Source of the DNA: an uncultured bacterium | GTDB taxonomy: Bacteria; Patescibacteriota; Minisyncoccia; Phycocordibacterales; UBA918 | Assembly (NCBI GenBank): GCA_913050645.1 | Contig: CAJXAG010000003.1 | Coordinates: forward strand, 1 to 42,022 | DNA: 42,022 bases | Direction: 5' to 3' | Part shown: positions 1 to 9,166 of the stretch, piece by piece | Numbering within the stretch: position 1 is the first letter of the stretch | Layout of the letters: each line of letters opens with the position of its first letter | The notes under the pieces: generated by a model | Seen by the model: only the letters and a program-made list of their open reading frames with translations | Told to the model about the DNA's origin: nothing | Databases searched by the model: none | Made by a program: the position numbers and the translations under genes

Positions 1-68
1 TTTTACCAGCCGGTAGCAGAGCTAGTTTTTTTTCAATAGCACTAAAATCAAATACTCCTGGCCTTGGT

Positions 69-518
69 TCAAGCTGGGCCCACTCTACTCGAATCAGTCC
101 ACCATATCATAATATCCGCACCGTTTTTTACCGCCTTGTCTGTCAGCACTGAAGTGAACACACCTTTTGGTTTTTTGATATTAGATTTATTAATTGATTT
201 GTTACAAATTAGCCCCGAAGTAGGAATAACTTGTTCTGCCGACCTCTCAACAGTATCGACTTTTATAAACTTAGACAATGAACCATCTATCGATACTGAA
301 ACTACTTCGGTCTTTTCTGTTTCAGCAGCTGACATTGAATTATTTTCTGCAGTCTCAGCGACTTCTGAATTCTGCGTAATTTCAGTCTCGCGATAACCTA
401 CATCTTCTATTTCCGATGGCTGGGTTGAAACTATTTCCTCTTTAGAAAATGGATAATAAATATAAACACCAGCTAGGAAAGTTGTGACAAATATAAGTAT
501 TGCTAGAGACTTGATCAT
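69..518 (-). CDS. Hypothetical membrane-anchored protein
   Basis: 149-aa ORF with an N-terminal hydrophobic helix followed by a Ser/Thr/Glu-rich linker. Confidence 0.6.
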   Translation of the reverse strand: MIKSLAILIFVTTFLAGVYIYYPFSKEEIVSTQPSEIEDVGYRETEITQNSEVAETAENNSMSAAETEKTEVVSVSIDGSLSKFIKVDTVERSAEQVIPTSGLICNKSINKSNIKKPKGVFTSVLTDKAVKNGADIMIWWTDSSRVGPA

Positions 519-926
519 AATTATTAAATAGTTATTCTGTAACTATACCAAAACTACTACACTATGTTACTGTTTATTATTCCCTGAATCTTTGTATATC
601 TGTACACTTCTATCGCTATTACTAGATCATCTTCAAGAAATTAGGACACTCCATTTCAATCAAGGAGGTTTTCACCACAAGAGCATTTCCGAAATTATTG
701 TCGCTGACACCCCTTAATTTCTAGGTCAACTTGGTGCAAAGTATCAAAGAATGTCACTTCCAAGTAATTAAGTTTCAGCTCACTAACTGTCATGAGGACT
801 ATCATCCTAAGAAGACCACTTCACCGTATCGTATTGAGGAAATGACTCCACCGATTACCATTGCTTCAATTCCGTACATTGCAAAGATGCATCGCTACCA
901 AGAGTATTTGGCGAATGGAGGAAATC

Positions 927-2048
927 CTAACGATTGGCCAGAGCAACCATAGTGCGTACGTCGTGAATTATTGCATCAAGTATTGTTGACACTTGGTATG
1001 TATCATCAAAATTAATGGACTGGTAGAAATCAGTGAGACCATACTTATTAAAGGTCTTATGATCTTGGGTAGGATATACCTTTATATCATCCTTGATATG
1101 GTTAAATTTAAACCACTGATTTTCTTCTAAAAGCCGCTCGGCATATGCCCGAGTGGCTTTTCCGTATCCAGCGTAGCCTTGAAGCATTTGACTGTATCGA
1201 CGCTCTTGCAGTTGAATGGTTATGTATAAACCATCTTCGAGTAAGTAAAAAATATCAATGATGCCTTGGGCACGAATCATACCTGGTCCTATATAGATTA
1301 TTCCTCGCTCAAGCACTTTTGGTCTAGTTCCAAAATGAACGGTGATATCGGGCAGTTCTTTACCTAGACGCTTCGCTAACAAGGCACCCAGTGACTGGTA
1401 CTTAATTTTTAGATACACATCCGCCATGCGAATGTTCTGCAAAAGTTGGAGGGTAGGATCAGTCTCTGGTTTATAGAAAGTAAATTGGTCAGACTCTTTC
1501 ACATCCACATCCTTCATAACGTCACTGATAAAAGTAATGAAGTAGATGTAGTCTTCGAGGATGAGTTTGTCGTACTGACCAGTAGTTGTGGGGACGAGTG
1601 TCTTAAGCGCCTCCGCTAATTGACGGTAGGACATGGTGTGCCAGAAGATATCGAGAACAGGAATTTTATCGGTCTTGGTGAATTCGGGACGAGTGAGAGT
1701 AAGGAGGAGAAAGTTTTGATTGTCAGTGTGACCCTTTGAATATTCCTCAAGTTGTTCGATGTACGGAATACTCTTTACTTTATTCTCCAGAATAAGTTCT
1801 TGACCATTGGCAAAGAAAAGATGTACGTCGATATTTTTCTGCTCTCGCTCGATACGTGTGATGGTGAGATCATCAGTAGTATCTTTTAAGTATGGAGAAA
1901 AAAGTTTACCAACTTGCTCAGGATATTTTCCTGCCAGCCAAGCAATAAAGTTACTGTGAAAGAGCTCTTTTGAACCCAATGATAATTGGAAAAGAGGTGA
2001 CGCTTTTATAGCGTCAGCTTCCCCGATAGGGGATGTAGTTGTATTCAT
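927..2048 (-). CDS. PD-(D/E)XK nuclease family protein (PDDEXK_4-like)
   Basis: ELFHSNFIAWL and RE..NIDV...LILENKV motifs. Confidence 0.8.
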   Translation of the reverse strand: MNTTTSPIGEADAIKASPLFQLSLGSKELFHSNFIAWLAGKYPEQVGKLFSPYLKDTTDDLTITRIEREQKNIDVHLFFANGQELILENKVKSIPYIEQLEEYSKGHTDNQNFLLLTLTRPEFTKTDKIPVLDIFWHTMSYRQLAEALKTLVPTTTGQYDKLILEDYIYFITFISDVMKDVDVKESDQFTFYKPETDPTLQLLQNIRMADVYLKIKYQSLGALLAKRLGKELPDITVHFGTRPKVLERGIIYIGPGMIRAQGIIDIFYLLEDGLYITIQLQERRYSQMLQGYAGYGKATRAYAERLLEENQWFKFNHIKDDIKVYPTQDHKTFNKYGLTDFYQSINFDDTYQVSTILDAIIHDVRTMVALANR

Positions 2049-2091
2049 ATTTTCTAGCGGGTTTTAGTTGTTGGAACCGATGACGAGTATC

Positions 2092-2187
2092 AAAAGGCTC
2101 CCAGCCATTGCGATCCAACCTTTCGGCCAGACCCATACCCGTTTCCAGATATGACCCGCTAGAGTGACTCTGACTGGGAGTCCTTTA
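2092..2187 (-). ncRNA. C4/CI-like antisense RNA candidate
   Basis: Closing stem, two stacked GAAA-tetraloop hairpins and a segment complementary to two flanking direct repeats. Confidence 0.6.
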
Positions 2188-2255
2188 ATCTCTAGCGGGT
2201 ATTTACAACCATACCGCCAGCAAGCTGTCGGGTTAGGTCTGATTTGTAATGAACA

Positions 2256-2278
2256 TAATAGCTCAATTTGAGCTATTA
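2256..2278. promoter_or_regulatory. Perfect 11-1-11 palindrome, putative operator between divergent genes
   Basis: TAATAGCTCAA-T-TTGAGCTATTA. Confidence 0.5.
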
Positions 2279-2397
2279 GTCAGTACCTTAGCTTAGTTTA
2301 AGGCTCTTACGAAGCCTCGGTTAACGACAGTTGCTTCCACATCACCACATAATTAAAGGGGTCTTATAAGGTAGAATATAAGTATATATTTGTTCCT

Positions 2398-3009
2398 ATG
2401 CAATCTCTTAAGACAATTCAACAAACTAACGATGCGATAATCAGAGAGGCTTTAGTCGGGCAACTTAAAACTGAATACTCTAAAAATCCAGAGTATCGTG
2501 TTATTCCTGAATTGGGTTTATGGCATGGTGCTTCGAGGATTGATGTCGCTGTGGTTAATGGTATTTTGCATGGGTTTGAAATCAAGAGCGATCGTGACAC
2601 ACTCAATCGTCTTCCTGATCAGAGAGAGGTGTATAACTCAATTTTTGATAAGGTTACTCTAGTTGTAGGAGCAAAACACTTTGTAGATGCATTTAAGATC
2701 GTTCCTGAATGGTGGGGTATCGAAACTGCACACTTAAATGAGGAAGGATCGGTTTTCTTCAATACAATACGTGAACCAAGAGAGAACCCAAAACAAGACG
2801 ATATTTCAATCGCACGATTACTATGGAGAAGCGAAGCTCTAGAATTGCTTGAAAGTATAGGTAGAGCTGATGGCGTTCGTTCAAAAACACGAGATGTAAT
2901 ATATACAAGAGTAGCTGAATCTATTGAGATAGATGTGCTTAAAAAGTATGTTAGGAATGTTCTTCAGGGACCCCGTCAAGACTGGAGGTCTGATGCGCAG
3001 CTAGCGTAA
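2398..3009 (+). CDS. sce7726 family protein (nuclease-like D...EIK motif)
   Basis: RIDVAVVNGILHGFEIKSDRDTLNRLPDQ, PEWWGI and LLWRSEAL motifs. Confidence 0.85.
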   Translation: MQSLKTIQQTNDAIIREALVGQLKTEYSKNPEYRVIPELGLWHGASRIDVAVVNGILHGFEIKSDRDTLNRLPDQREVYNSIFDKVTLVVGAKHFVDAFKIVPEWWGIETAHLNEEGSVFFNTIREPRENPKQDDISIARLLWRSEALELLESIGRADGVRSKTRDVIYTRVAESIEIDVLKKYVRNVLQGPRQDWRSDAQLA

Positions 3010-4084
3010 GGTGGTGGTTTATACTGACGGTTAGCCATGTGGTTGGACTTCCTGGTTTAATATTTTCTGGCGAAGCAATTCTAGAAACCTCAGCATCGCC
3101 AAAACTGTATTTGTCCAGTTTATAGAAATCACGTTTTACTAGTGTTTGTGCGTGTGCAATATATTGTTCTCTTCCAGGCCCCTTGATTCCAGTTTTACGG
3201 TCAATATGACCAGGCTTTTTGCCTCTGAATATGTACCACTTTTCGTCATCTGTATATCGAATACTGGCGCTTCCAATAGCTGCTACATATTCGTAAATTG
3301 GGTGTTGAGTTGTGTAGTCAGAAAAGAAAGGTGTGCGAGAAGTTATTGTGTCACAAATATCATTCCAAAGTTTCCATTCAGTTCTCTCTAACTGGTGTAC
3401 TTCACCTGAATTAAAATTGGTTAAGTCCTTTGGGAAAGCACCCCCAGACACAATAAATGATCGCCACCCATCTAAGTTTGGTAAAAGATTAAGACTTTTT
3501 ACAACTTCAGCTGCCTCCGTTCCGCTATCGATAATGCGTAAATCAATCAGGAGATCAAGGTCACTAATGTTCAATTTGTTAACCTCAATAAAATCAGTTA
3601 GGTGCTTAGATAAGTCCGTATCTTTAAGATGGGATTTGTCTATACGAATACAGAGTCCGTGCCCACTCTCCTTTGCGTAGTTGACAGCAATTTTACGAGT
3701 TTCCATGTCTGCGTCAGTACTAGTTACAGGAATGACATAAATAACCGGGATAGAGAACAAATCAAGGTCACTTGATGAAGATAATATTTCCTTAAAAGAT
3801 GTGGCTCGGATATCGCTGTCTAGAAGATGAACGTCAATAAACACAGGCTCACGCCCACACGATTTAAGCAAGCTGGTTGCAACACCAGGTAATTTTTCTA
3901 GGAATTTCTCTTTTGGGGTTTTCTTAACTTCCCGAGTTTCTCTGTCGATTGACGGTGCGGGCATAATAAATTCGATCAGAGGTGTAATTTTATCTCGATC
4001 TTCTGGGAAGAGCTTTTCAACTGCAGCTATCTCAGCAGGTCTCCATCTCAGTATAGGTACATAGGGTCTAATAATATTTCTCAT
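2951..4084 (-). CDS. Beta family protein (P4 beta/sce7725-like)
   Basis: YVPILRWRPAE N-terminus, GGAFP, FSDY, IRYT, FSxGD-like and W...NHH C-terminal motifs. Confidence 0.85.
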   Translation of the reverse strand: MRNIIRPYVPILRWRPAEIAAVEKLFPEDRDKITPLIEFIMPAPSIDRETREVKKTPKEKFLEKLPGVATSLLKSCGREPVFIDVHLLDSDIRATSFKEILSSSSDLDLFSIPVIYVIPVTSTDADMETRKIAVNYAKESGHGLCIRIDKSHLKDTDLSKHLTDFIEVNKLNISDLDLLIDLRIIDSGTEAAEVVKSLNLLPNLDGWRSFIVSGGAFPKDLTNFNSGEVHQLERTEWKLWNDICDTITSRTPFFSDYTTQHPIYEYVAAIGSASIRYTDDEKWYIFRGKKPGHIDRKTGIKGPGREQYIAHAQTLVKRDFYKLDKYSFGDAEVSRIASPENIKPGSPTTWLTVSINHHLTLAAHQTSSLDGVPEEHS

Positions 4085-4086
4085 AT

Positions 4087-5298
4087 TTATTCTTTAAACA
4101 CGTCTGCAAAATACTTTTGCACACTTAGGTCGGGGTTATTAACTATTTTGTTTAAGTAAAAGAAATTTTGATGTTTAAATCTAATCATGCCTGCTATAAC
4201 TGCTATGTTTACCTGTAATTCATTTGCCAAATCTTCTGTTGAAAATTGATTTGGAGTAGTTTTAGCTGCGCTTGTTTCCCATTTACTCTTAGGAAGAATA
4301 GCTTCTTCTGCAAGTGCATCTGCCTCAATTTCTTTTTGGTCATTTTCCTCACCGTCTTTATTTTGTAGTTCTTCGTCAAAGAAATATTCGATATTCATTT
4401 CGTAGTGAAGTGCCACGTGTGCAAGTTCATGCATAAGCGTAAACCAAAAATTGTCAGGACGATCGTGACGAATTGTAAGCCCAATAATTGGGTTGTCTTT
4501 ATCGGCAAAGAAAGTAGCACCGTCCAAATGTGATTTAGGAAGGTGGGGCTCAATAACCAGCTTAATACCGTGTTCTCCTAGATATTTTTGAGCAAGAAGT
4601 GGGCCAGTTGCTTTTGTGCTTAGTTGCACCACTTTGCGCATGAATGGCAAGTCCACGGTACCTTTCTTGTATTTTATAGGCACTTGTATTTCTGTAGCCT
4701 TCTGTAGTACTCGTGTGCCCCACGCAAGTAGTGAATTGTTGTCAGTACGAGGTGCTTTCCTAAAAATTGTCTTACGGTACAAGGCGGCTGGTTGAGGTTG
4801 GTTGAAAGTCGCAAAAAAGTTACTGACTAATTCTGATTTGCCAAAATCCTTAATAGTTTTATTCCCAAAGTAACCGCGCCGTTCCATGGCTTTCACTAAG
4901 GTAGTGTCCCAGTTTTCTGATTCAGAAGCGTTGTTAGATTTTTGTATAAGTACTTTTGCGGGGATTCCTAGACCAGTAGAAAGTGAACGAACCATGTCAA
5001 GTGAAAGTTGTCGTTTTCCAGAAAGAATCTCAGACACTCTACCCGCACTACCTACATAGGGAATTAGATCAGATGGTTTGAGATCTGCTTGCTCCATACG
5101 AAATTTAATTGCCTCGATTGGATCTGGGAGATTTTCGGGGAATGACTTTGATTCGTAGTCTTTTACTAGTGCTGTGAGAAGGAGTAGACGATCACCATCG
5201 ACAGTTCCAGATTCTGGATCACGATCAACTAACTCTTCAATGAAGTTGAGAGCATTTCGATATTCTTCTTTTGTTGTGATTATTTTTATGTTTTCCAT
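4087..5298 (-). CDS. higA: HigA-type HTH antitoxin fused to an ImmA/IrrE metallopeptidase domain
   Basis: PDPIEAIKFRMEQ...VSEILSGKR HTH plus FWFTLMHELAH (HExxH) and E.EAD; start placed at the ATG just after the higB stop. Confidence 0.85.
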   Translation of the reverse strand: MENIKIITTKEEYRNALNFIEELVDRDPESGTVDGDRLLLLTALVKDYESKSFPENLPDPIEAIKFRMEQADLKPSDLIPYVGSAGRVSEILSGKRQLSLDMVRSLSTGLGIPAKVLIQKSNNASESENWDTTLVKAMERRGYFGNKTIKDFGKSELVSNFFATFNQPQPAALYRKTIFRKAPRTDNNSLLAWGTRVLQKATEIQVPIKYKKGTVDLPFMRKVVQLSTKATGPLLAQKYLGEHGIKLVIEPHLPKSHLDGATFFADKDNPIIGLTIRHDRPDNFWFTLMHELAHVALHYEMNIEYFFDEELQNKDGEENDQKEIEADALAEEAILPKSKWETSAAKTTPNQFSTEDLANELQVNIAVIAGMIRFKHQNFFYLNKIVNNPDLSVQKYFADVFKE

Positions 5299-5303
5299 AA
5301 GCG

Positions 5304-5591
5304 TTATTTGATCTCCCATTTTTCATACTCTTTATGAGTACCAACATTTTTTACGAACACGACTCCACTGTTGTATGCGACTTTTACCCATAGACGGTAA
5401 TTATTTCCATAAATATTAAATACCACTTGTTTATTACCTATTAAGCTGGCTTTAGGGAAGTGAGCCTTCAGATCGTGGGGTCCCTTCCATGTCAATTCCC
5501 TTATTTCTGCTTCCCAGGCGTCAACATGGGATCTGGCATCAGAATGCTTTTGCTTAAAGGCATCAAGAATTTCTTTTCCGATTAGTTCCAT
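5304..5591 (-). CDS. higB: HigB family toxin (mRNA interferase)
   Basis: VFNIxGNNYRL and VGTHKEY motifs; directly upstream of higA. Confidence 0.9.
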   Translation of the reverse strand: MELIGKEILDAFKQKHSDARSHVDAWEAEIRELTWKGPHDLKAHFPKASLIGNKQVVFNIYGNNYRLWVKVAYNSGVVFVKNVGTHKEYEKWEIK

Positions 5592-5624
5592 ATATTTAAT
5601 AAATTTTTGATACCTGTGTATTAG

Positions 5625-5668
5625 TTCCCACTACGGGAAGTATATTATAGGTACTCTTAAGTTGTCAA
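5625..5668 (-). promoter_or_regulatory. higBA promoter with putative HigA operator
   Basis: Minus-strand TTGACA-18-TATACT followed by the inverted repeat TTCCC-N5-GGGAA (5625-5639). Confidence 0.5.
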
Positions 5669-5726
5669 GAGTCAAGAACCAGAACCCCTAGACTTACTAG
5701 AGGGATTGCGTCATTAGTGTTGGTAT

Positions 5727-7055
5727 ATGAGCAGAACAGAGGCACCAGAGGGATTTGTATCCAAACATACGTTTACACCTGTAACTACACGCTATTGCCT
5801 CTATGCTCGCAAGTCTACAGAGTCTGAGGAGCAGCAGGTTCTTTCAATCGACTCACAGATTAAGGAGATGCTCCAGATGGCAGAACGAGACAATTTAGAG
5901 ATTGTCGAAATCAAGAAAGAATCACACTCTGCCAAGGAGGCTGGGATGAGACCTGTCTTCAACGAGATCGTGGACGAGATAAAGTCTGGCAAATTTAACG
6001 GAATATTGACATGGGCTCCAGATCGTATTTCAAGAAATGCTGGTGACCTTGGGAGGATTGTTGATCTCATGGACTCAGGATTATTGCAGGAGATACGAAC
6101 GTATGGACAAAAGTTTAGTAACAATCCAAACGAGAAGTTCCTGCTAATGATTCTCGGCTCACAAGCCAAACTTGAGAACGATAATAAGGTGGTGAACGTA
6201 AAGCGAGGAATGAGAGCTAGGTGTGAGATGGGGCTGTATCCATGCATTGCGCCAACAGGATATTCAAATAGTAAGAATGTAGATAAGCGGTGTCATATTG
6301 AAATAGATGCAGAACGAGCACCGATAGTGAAGAAGATGTTTGAAAAGATTGCCTATGAAAACCTAACAGGCAGACAACTCTACTTTTGGCTAAGAGATGA
6401 AGCGAATTACAAAACAAGAACTGGTAAACAACTTCATCTCGGAAATCTCTATATGATTTTGCGAAACCATTTCTACTACGGCACATTTCAATATCCGAAG
6501 AATAGCGGGCAGTGGTATAAGGGTGCTCACGAGCCACTGATTAGTAAGGCGTTGTTTGATCAGGTACAAGAAAAAATACAGGTACAAAATACCCGAGGTG
6601 GTGGTATGCAAACAAAAGAGTTTGCCTTCACAAAGCTGATGTCTTGCGCACTTTGCGGATCAGGAATTACGGCTGACGAAAAGTATAAAACTCAGAAGAA
6701 TGGAAACACCCATCGCTATGTCTACTATGGGTGCTGTAAGTCGAATGATAGGAGTTGTACCTCGGGCTATATCAATGAGGATGACCTGGTCGAACAGCTA
6801 GTTGCCCTGATGGACAAGATTGAGTTCAACGACATCGGAATGAGGCAAAAAATAAAAGCGGAGATAGAGAGGCATAAAAAGTTCCAGTCGGGATTACTTG
6901 GTGAAAAAGAATCGAAGATAAAGGTAAAAGATGTCGAGGTTAGGAGTTATGCTAAGTACATCTTGAGAGAGGGGCAGACGCATGAGAAGAGAGAGTTGCT
7001 GTCGTGTTTGAAGAGTAGGATATGTGTCGCTAATAAACTGGTTAGCCTAAAATAG
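5727..7055 (+). CDS. Large serine recombinase (resolvase, recombinase and Zn-ribbon domains)
   Basis: YARKST catalytic motif, DRISRN, AHEPLIS, CALCG and YYGC. Confidence 0.92.
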   Translation: MSRTEAPEGFVSKHTFTPVTTRYCLYARKSTESEEQQVLSIDSQIKEMLQMAERDNLEIVEIKKESHSAKEAGMRPVFNEIVDEIKSGKFNGILTWAPDRISRNAGDLGRIVDLMDSGLLQEIRTYGQKFSNNPNEKFLLMILGSQAKLENDNKVVNVKRGMRARCEMGLYPCIAPTGYSNSKNVDKRCHIEIDAERAPIVKKMFEKIAYENLTGRQLYFWLRDEANYKTRTGKQLHLGNLYMILRNHFYYGTFQYPKNSGQWYKGAHEPLISKALFDQVQEKIQVQNTRGGGMQTKEFAFTKLMSCALCGSGITADEKYKTQKNGNTHRYVYYGCCKSNDRSCTSGYINEDDLVEQLVALMDKIEFNDIGMRQKIKAEIERHKKFQSGLLGEKESKIKVKDVEVRSYAKYILREGQTHEKRELLSCLKSRICVANKLVSLK

Positions 7056-7059
7056 GCTT

Positions 7060-7108
7060 AAGTACACCTTTACGTAAATGTTTACAACATTTACGTAAAG
7101 GTGTACTT
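7060..7108. repeat. 49-bp palindrome (perfect 23-bp arms, 3-nt spacer)
   Basis: AAGTACACCTTTACGTAAATGTT-TAC-AACATTTACGTAAAGGTGTACTT. Confidence 0.95.
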
Positions 7109-7115
7109 TTGGGAT

Positions 7116-7334
7116 ATGGAAAGCGATAAAAGAAAAAGATTTAAGCGGTTGGCCGCACAACGTACAGAAAAGGTGCTTCAAAAGCTCCACGTTCTTGGTA
7201 ATTGCTCAAACCGCAGTTCTTATGAATATAGTGAAGAGGATATTAACAAGATCTTCTCAGAAATCGACAAGGCAGTGAAAAACACCAAGTCACGATTCAA
7301 TTATCCACGTAAGCGTAGTCAGTTTAAGCTTTAG
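7116..7334 (+). CDS. Small basic helical hypothetical protein
   Basis: KRKRFKRLAAQRT...LGNCSNRSSYEYSEED pattern; ATG at 7116. Confidence 0.75.
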   Translation: MESDKRKRFKRLAAQRTEKVLQKLHVLGNCSNRSSYEYSEEDINKIFSEIDKAVKNTKSRFNYPRKRSQFKL

Positions 7335-7338
7335 TATT

Positions 7339-7521
7339 ATGTCAGTAAAAGTTCACATTTCTCCCCACATCGTTAATTCTGTTGCAAGTCTCTATAATGA
7401 TTCTAATAGAATCTTTATGGAGTATATTGATAATGCGATCGATAGTTGCCGAGGACGCCGAGCGGCAAGCATCATGAGCACGGCTACAACTGCTCCTGCG
7501 TATCCTAATGAGAGTGCGTGA
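7339..7521 (+). pseudogene. Truncated GHKL/MORC-type ATPase (N-terminal fragment)
   Basis: LY......EYIDNAIDS N-box ends at about 7446 and is followed by unrelated sequence and an early stop. Confidence 0.7.
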
Positions 7522-7626
7522 AGTGTTTTCATATTTTTATGATTAGTTGTTAATTCTGCATAGAGTGTGCAAATTAAGTTGACACCTAATACCCCATTGA
7601 GGTATGGTACTATAAGTATAAAATAT

Positions 7627-9156
7627 ATGAAAAAAATATCTTTTTATCTCGTCGTCGTAGTTATTATAGGTATAGCCCTTATCTCTTTGTGGTCGTATCA
7701 AAAATATTTTAAGGGGGAAGAAGTAGAGCTTTTGTTGTTCAGTGTGGAGAGAGGAAGCATGCAAGAGATTGTAAAAGTAAGAGGCGAGGTGGTTTCTCAA
7801 ACAGACTTCGATTTAGGCTTTCCTTTTTCGGGGATAATAGAAAATATTTTTGTCCAAGAGGGACAAGAGGTCAAAAGTGGAGACCCGCTTATGAAACTGG
7901 AGATCACAGATTTTGAACTGGAGAGAGGAAAGTTGCAGGCACAATTGGATGGAGCTAAGGCTGACCTCGCACTGCAGGAGGCGGACTTAAAGAGAGCACA
8001 GATTGAGTCAACAAATACTCAAACGAACCTTGCTAAGGTGATTGAAGAGCAAGACACACTGGTAAAAAATGCGTTTCGTACGCTTCTTTCTAGCAACCTT
8101 GAAGCACTTCCAGTAGACAAAGGAAACGACGACATCGCACCTTTGGTGAGCGGAACCTATTCTTGCGATACGGAAGGCTCATACACGCTTTCTACGTATA
8201 GTTCTGCCGCTAACTCCGGGTACTCATACAGACTTTCTGGGCTTGAGACCGGTACCTACACCGCATACACGGAGTCCCCCGCTCCATTTGGCACATGCGG
8301 TCTATCGCTCCAATTTGTTGATGGTGAGGCATACAGGAACCGAGACTGGACTATTGCAATTCCAAACACAAGAAGTGCTGCATATATCGGAAATTTAAAT
8401 GCATACGAGGAAGCAATCAAGGTGCGCGACCTTGCTGTCGAGAAAGCGCGCGCTTTACTTGAAGAGAGACTCAAGAATGCTGGGCTTGAATCTGAACGTG
8501 ACGAAGCAGTGACTTCTATGGAACAAATGACAGCGCAAGATGCCCGAGTGGAGAAGGCAAAGGCCACCATACGAAACTATCAGGCGCAAATCGCGACTGT
8601 TCTAGAAAAAATTAAAAAATCTACGCTCTATGCACCCGCTGATGCGGCAGTTGCAAAACTCTGGTTTGAGAAGGGTGAGTTTTTCAGCCCTAACCAAATA
8701 GGTGTTTCACTGTCGACTTCTGGACACAAGATTCAAGCCGATATATCTGAGTTGGAAATAGGGAAAATAAATGAAGTTGATGGAAGCAAAGTACTCATAC
8801 AGCTTGATGCATTTCCGGACGTGAAATTTACCGGCAACATTGTTTCCATAGAACCAAGAGAAATAGTGAAAGAGGGAGACAAGTATTACCGAACTAATGT
8901 GTATGTAGAACCACACGGTTCAGAAATTCGTGCAGGAATGAATGCTGACTTAATGATACTCACCTCGTCTAAGGATGACGTATTAAAAATTCCTGAATTT
9001 GTAGTGTACAAAAAGGACGACAAAGAGTTCGTAACGGTACTGGTGGGAGACCTGCAAGAAGAGGTGGAGATTGAAACAGGCATTTCTGACGGTGAGTTTA
9101 TTGAAGTTGAAAGCGGGCTGCGTGAGGGTCAGACGGTGGTCTTTTCCGCTGATTAG
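7627..9156 (+). CDS. Efflux membrane-fusion/adaptor protein (MacA/HlyD-like)
   Basis: N-terminal TM helix, biotinyl-lipoyl-like GQEVKSGDPL, coiled coil, LYAP and GMNA motifs. Confidence 0.85.
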   Translation: MKKISFYLVVVVIIGIALISLWSYQKYFKGEEVELLLFSVERGSMQEIVKVRGEVVSQTDFDLGFPFSGIIENIFVQEGQEVKSGDPLMKLEITDFELERGKLQAQLDGAKADLALQEADLKRAQIESTNTQTNLAKVIEEQDTLVKNAFRTLLSSNLEALPVDKGNDDIAPLVSGTYSCDTEGSYTLSTYSSAANSGYSYRLSGLETGTYTAYTESPAPFGTCGLSLQFVDGEAYRNRDWTIAIPNTRSAAYIGNLNAYEEAIKVRDLAVEKARALLEERLKNAGLESERDEAVTSMEQMTAQDARVEKAKATIRNYQAQIATVLEKIKKSTLYAPADAAVAKLWFEKGEFFSPNQIGVSLSTSGHKIQADISELEIGKINEVDGSKVLIQLDAFPDVKFTGNIVSIEPREIVKEGDKYYRTNVYVEPHGSEIRAGMNADLMILTSSKDDVLKIPEFVVYKKDDKEFVTVLVGDLQEEVEIETGISDGEFIEVESGLREGQTVVFSAD

Positions 9157-9166
9157 TCTTAATATC

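Noticed and set aside
731-952. 73-aa ORF overlapping the end of the nuclease gene
   Set aside because: TTG start with no SD and no recognisable motif; may be a decayed gene but cannot be supported
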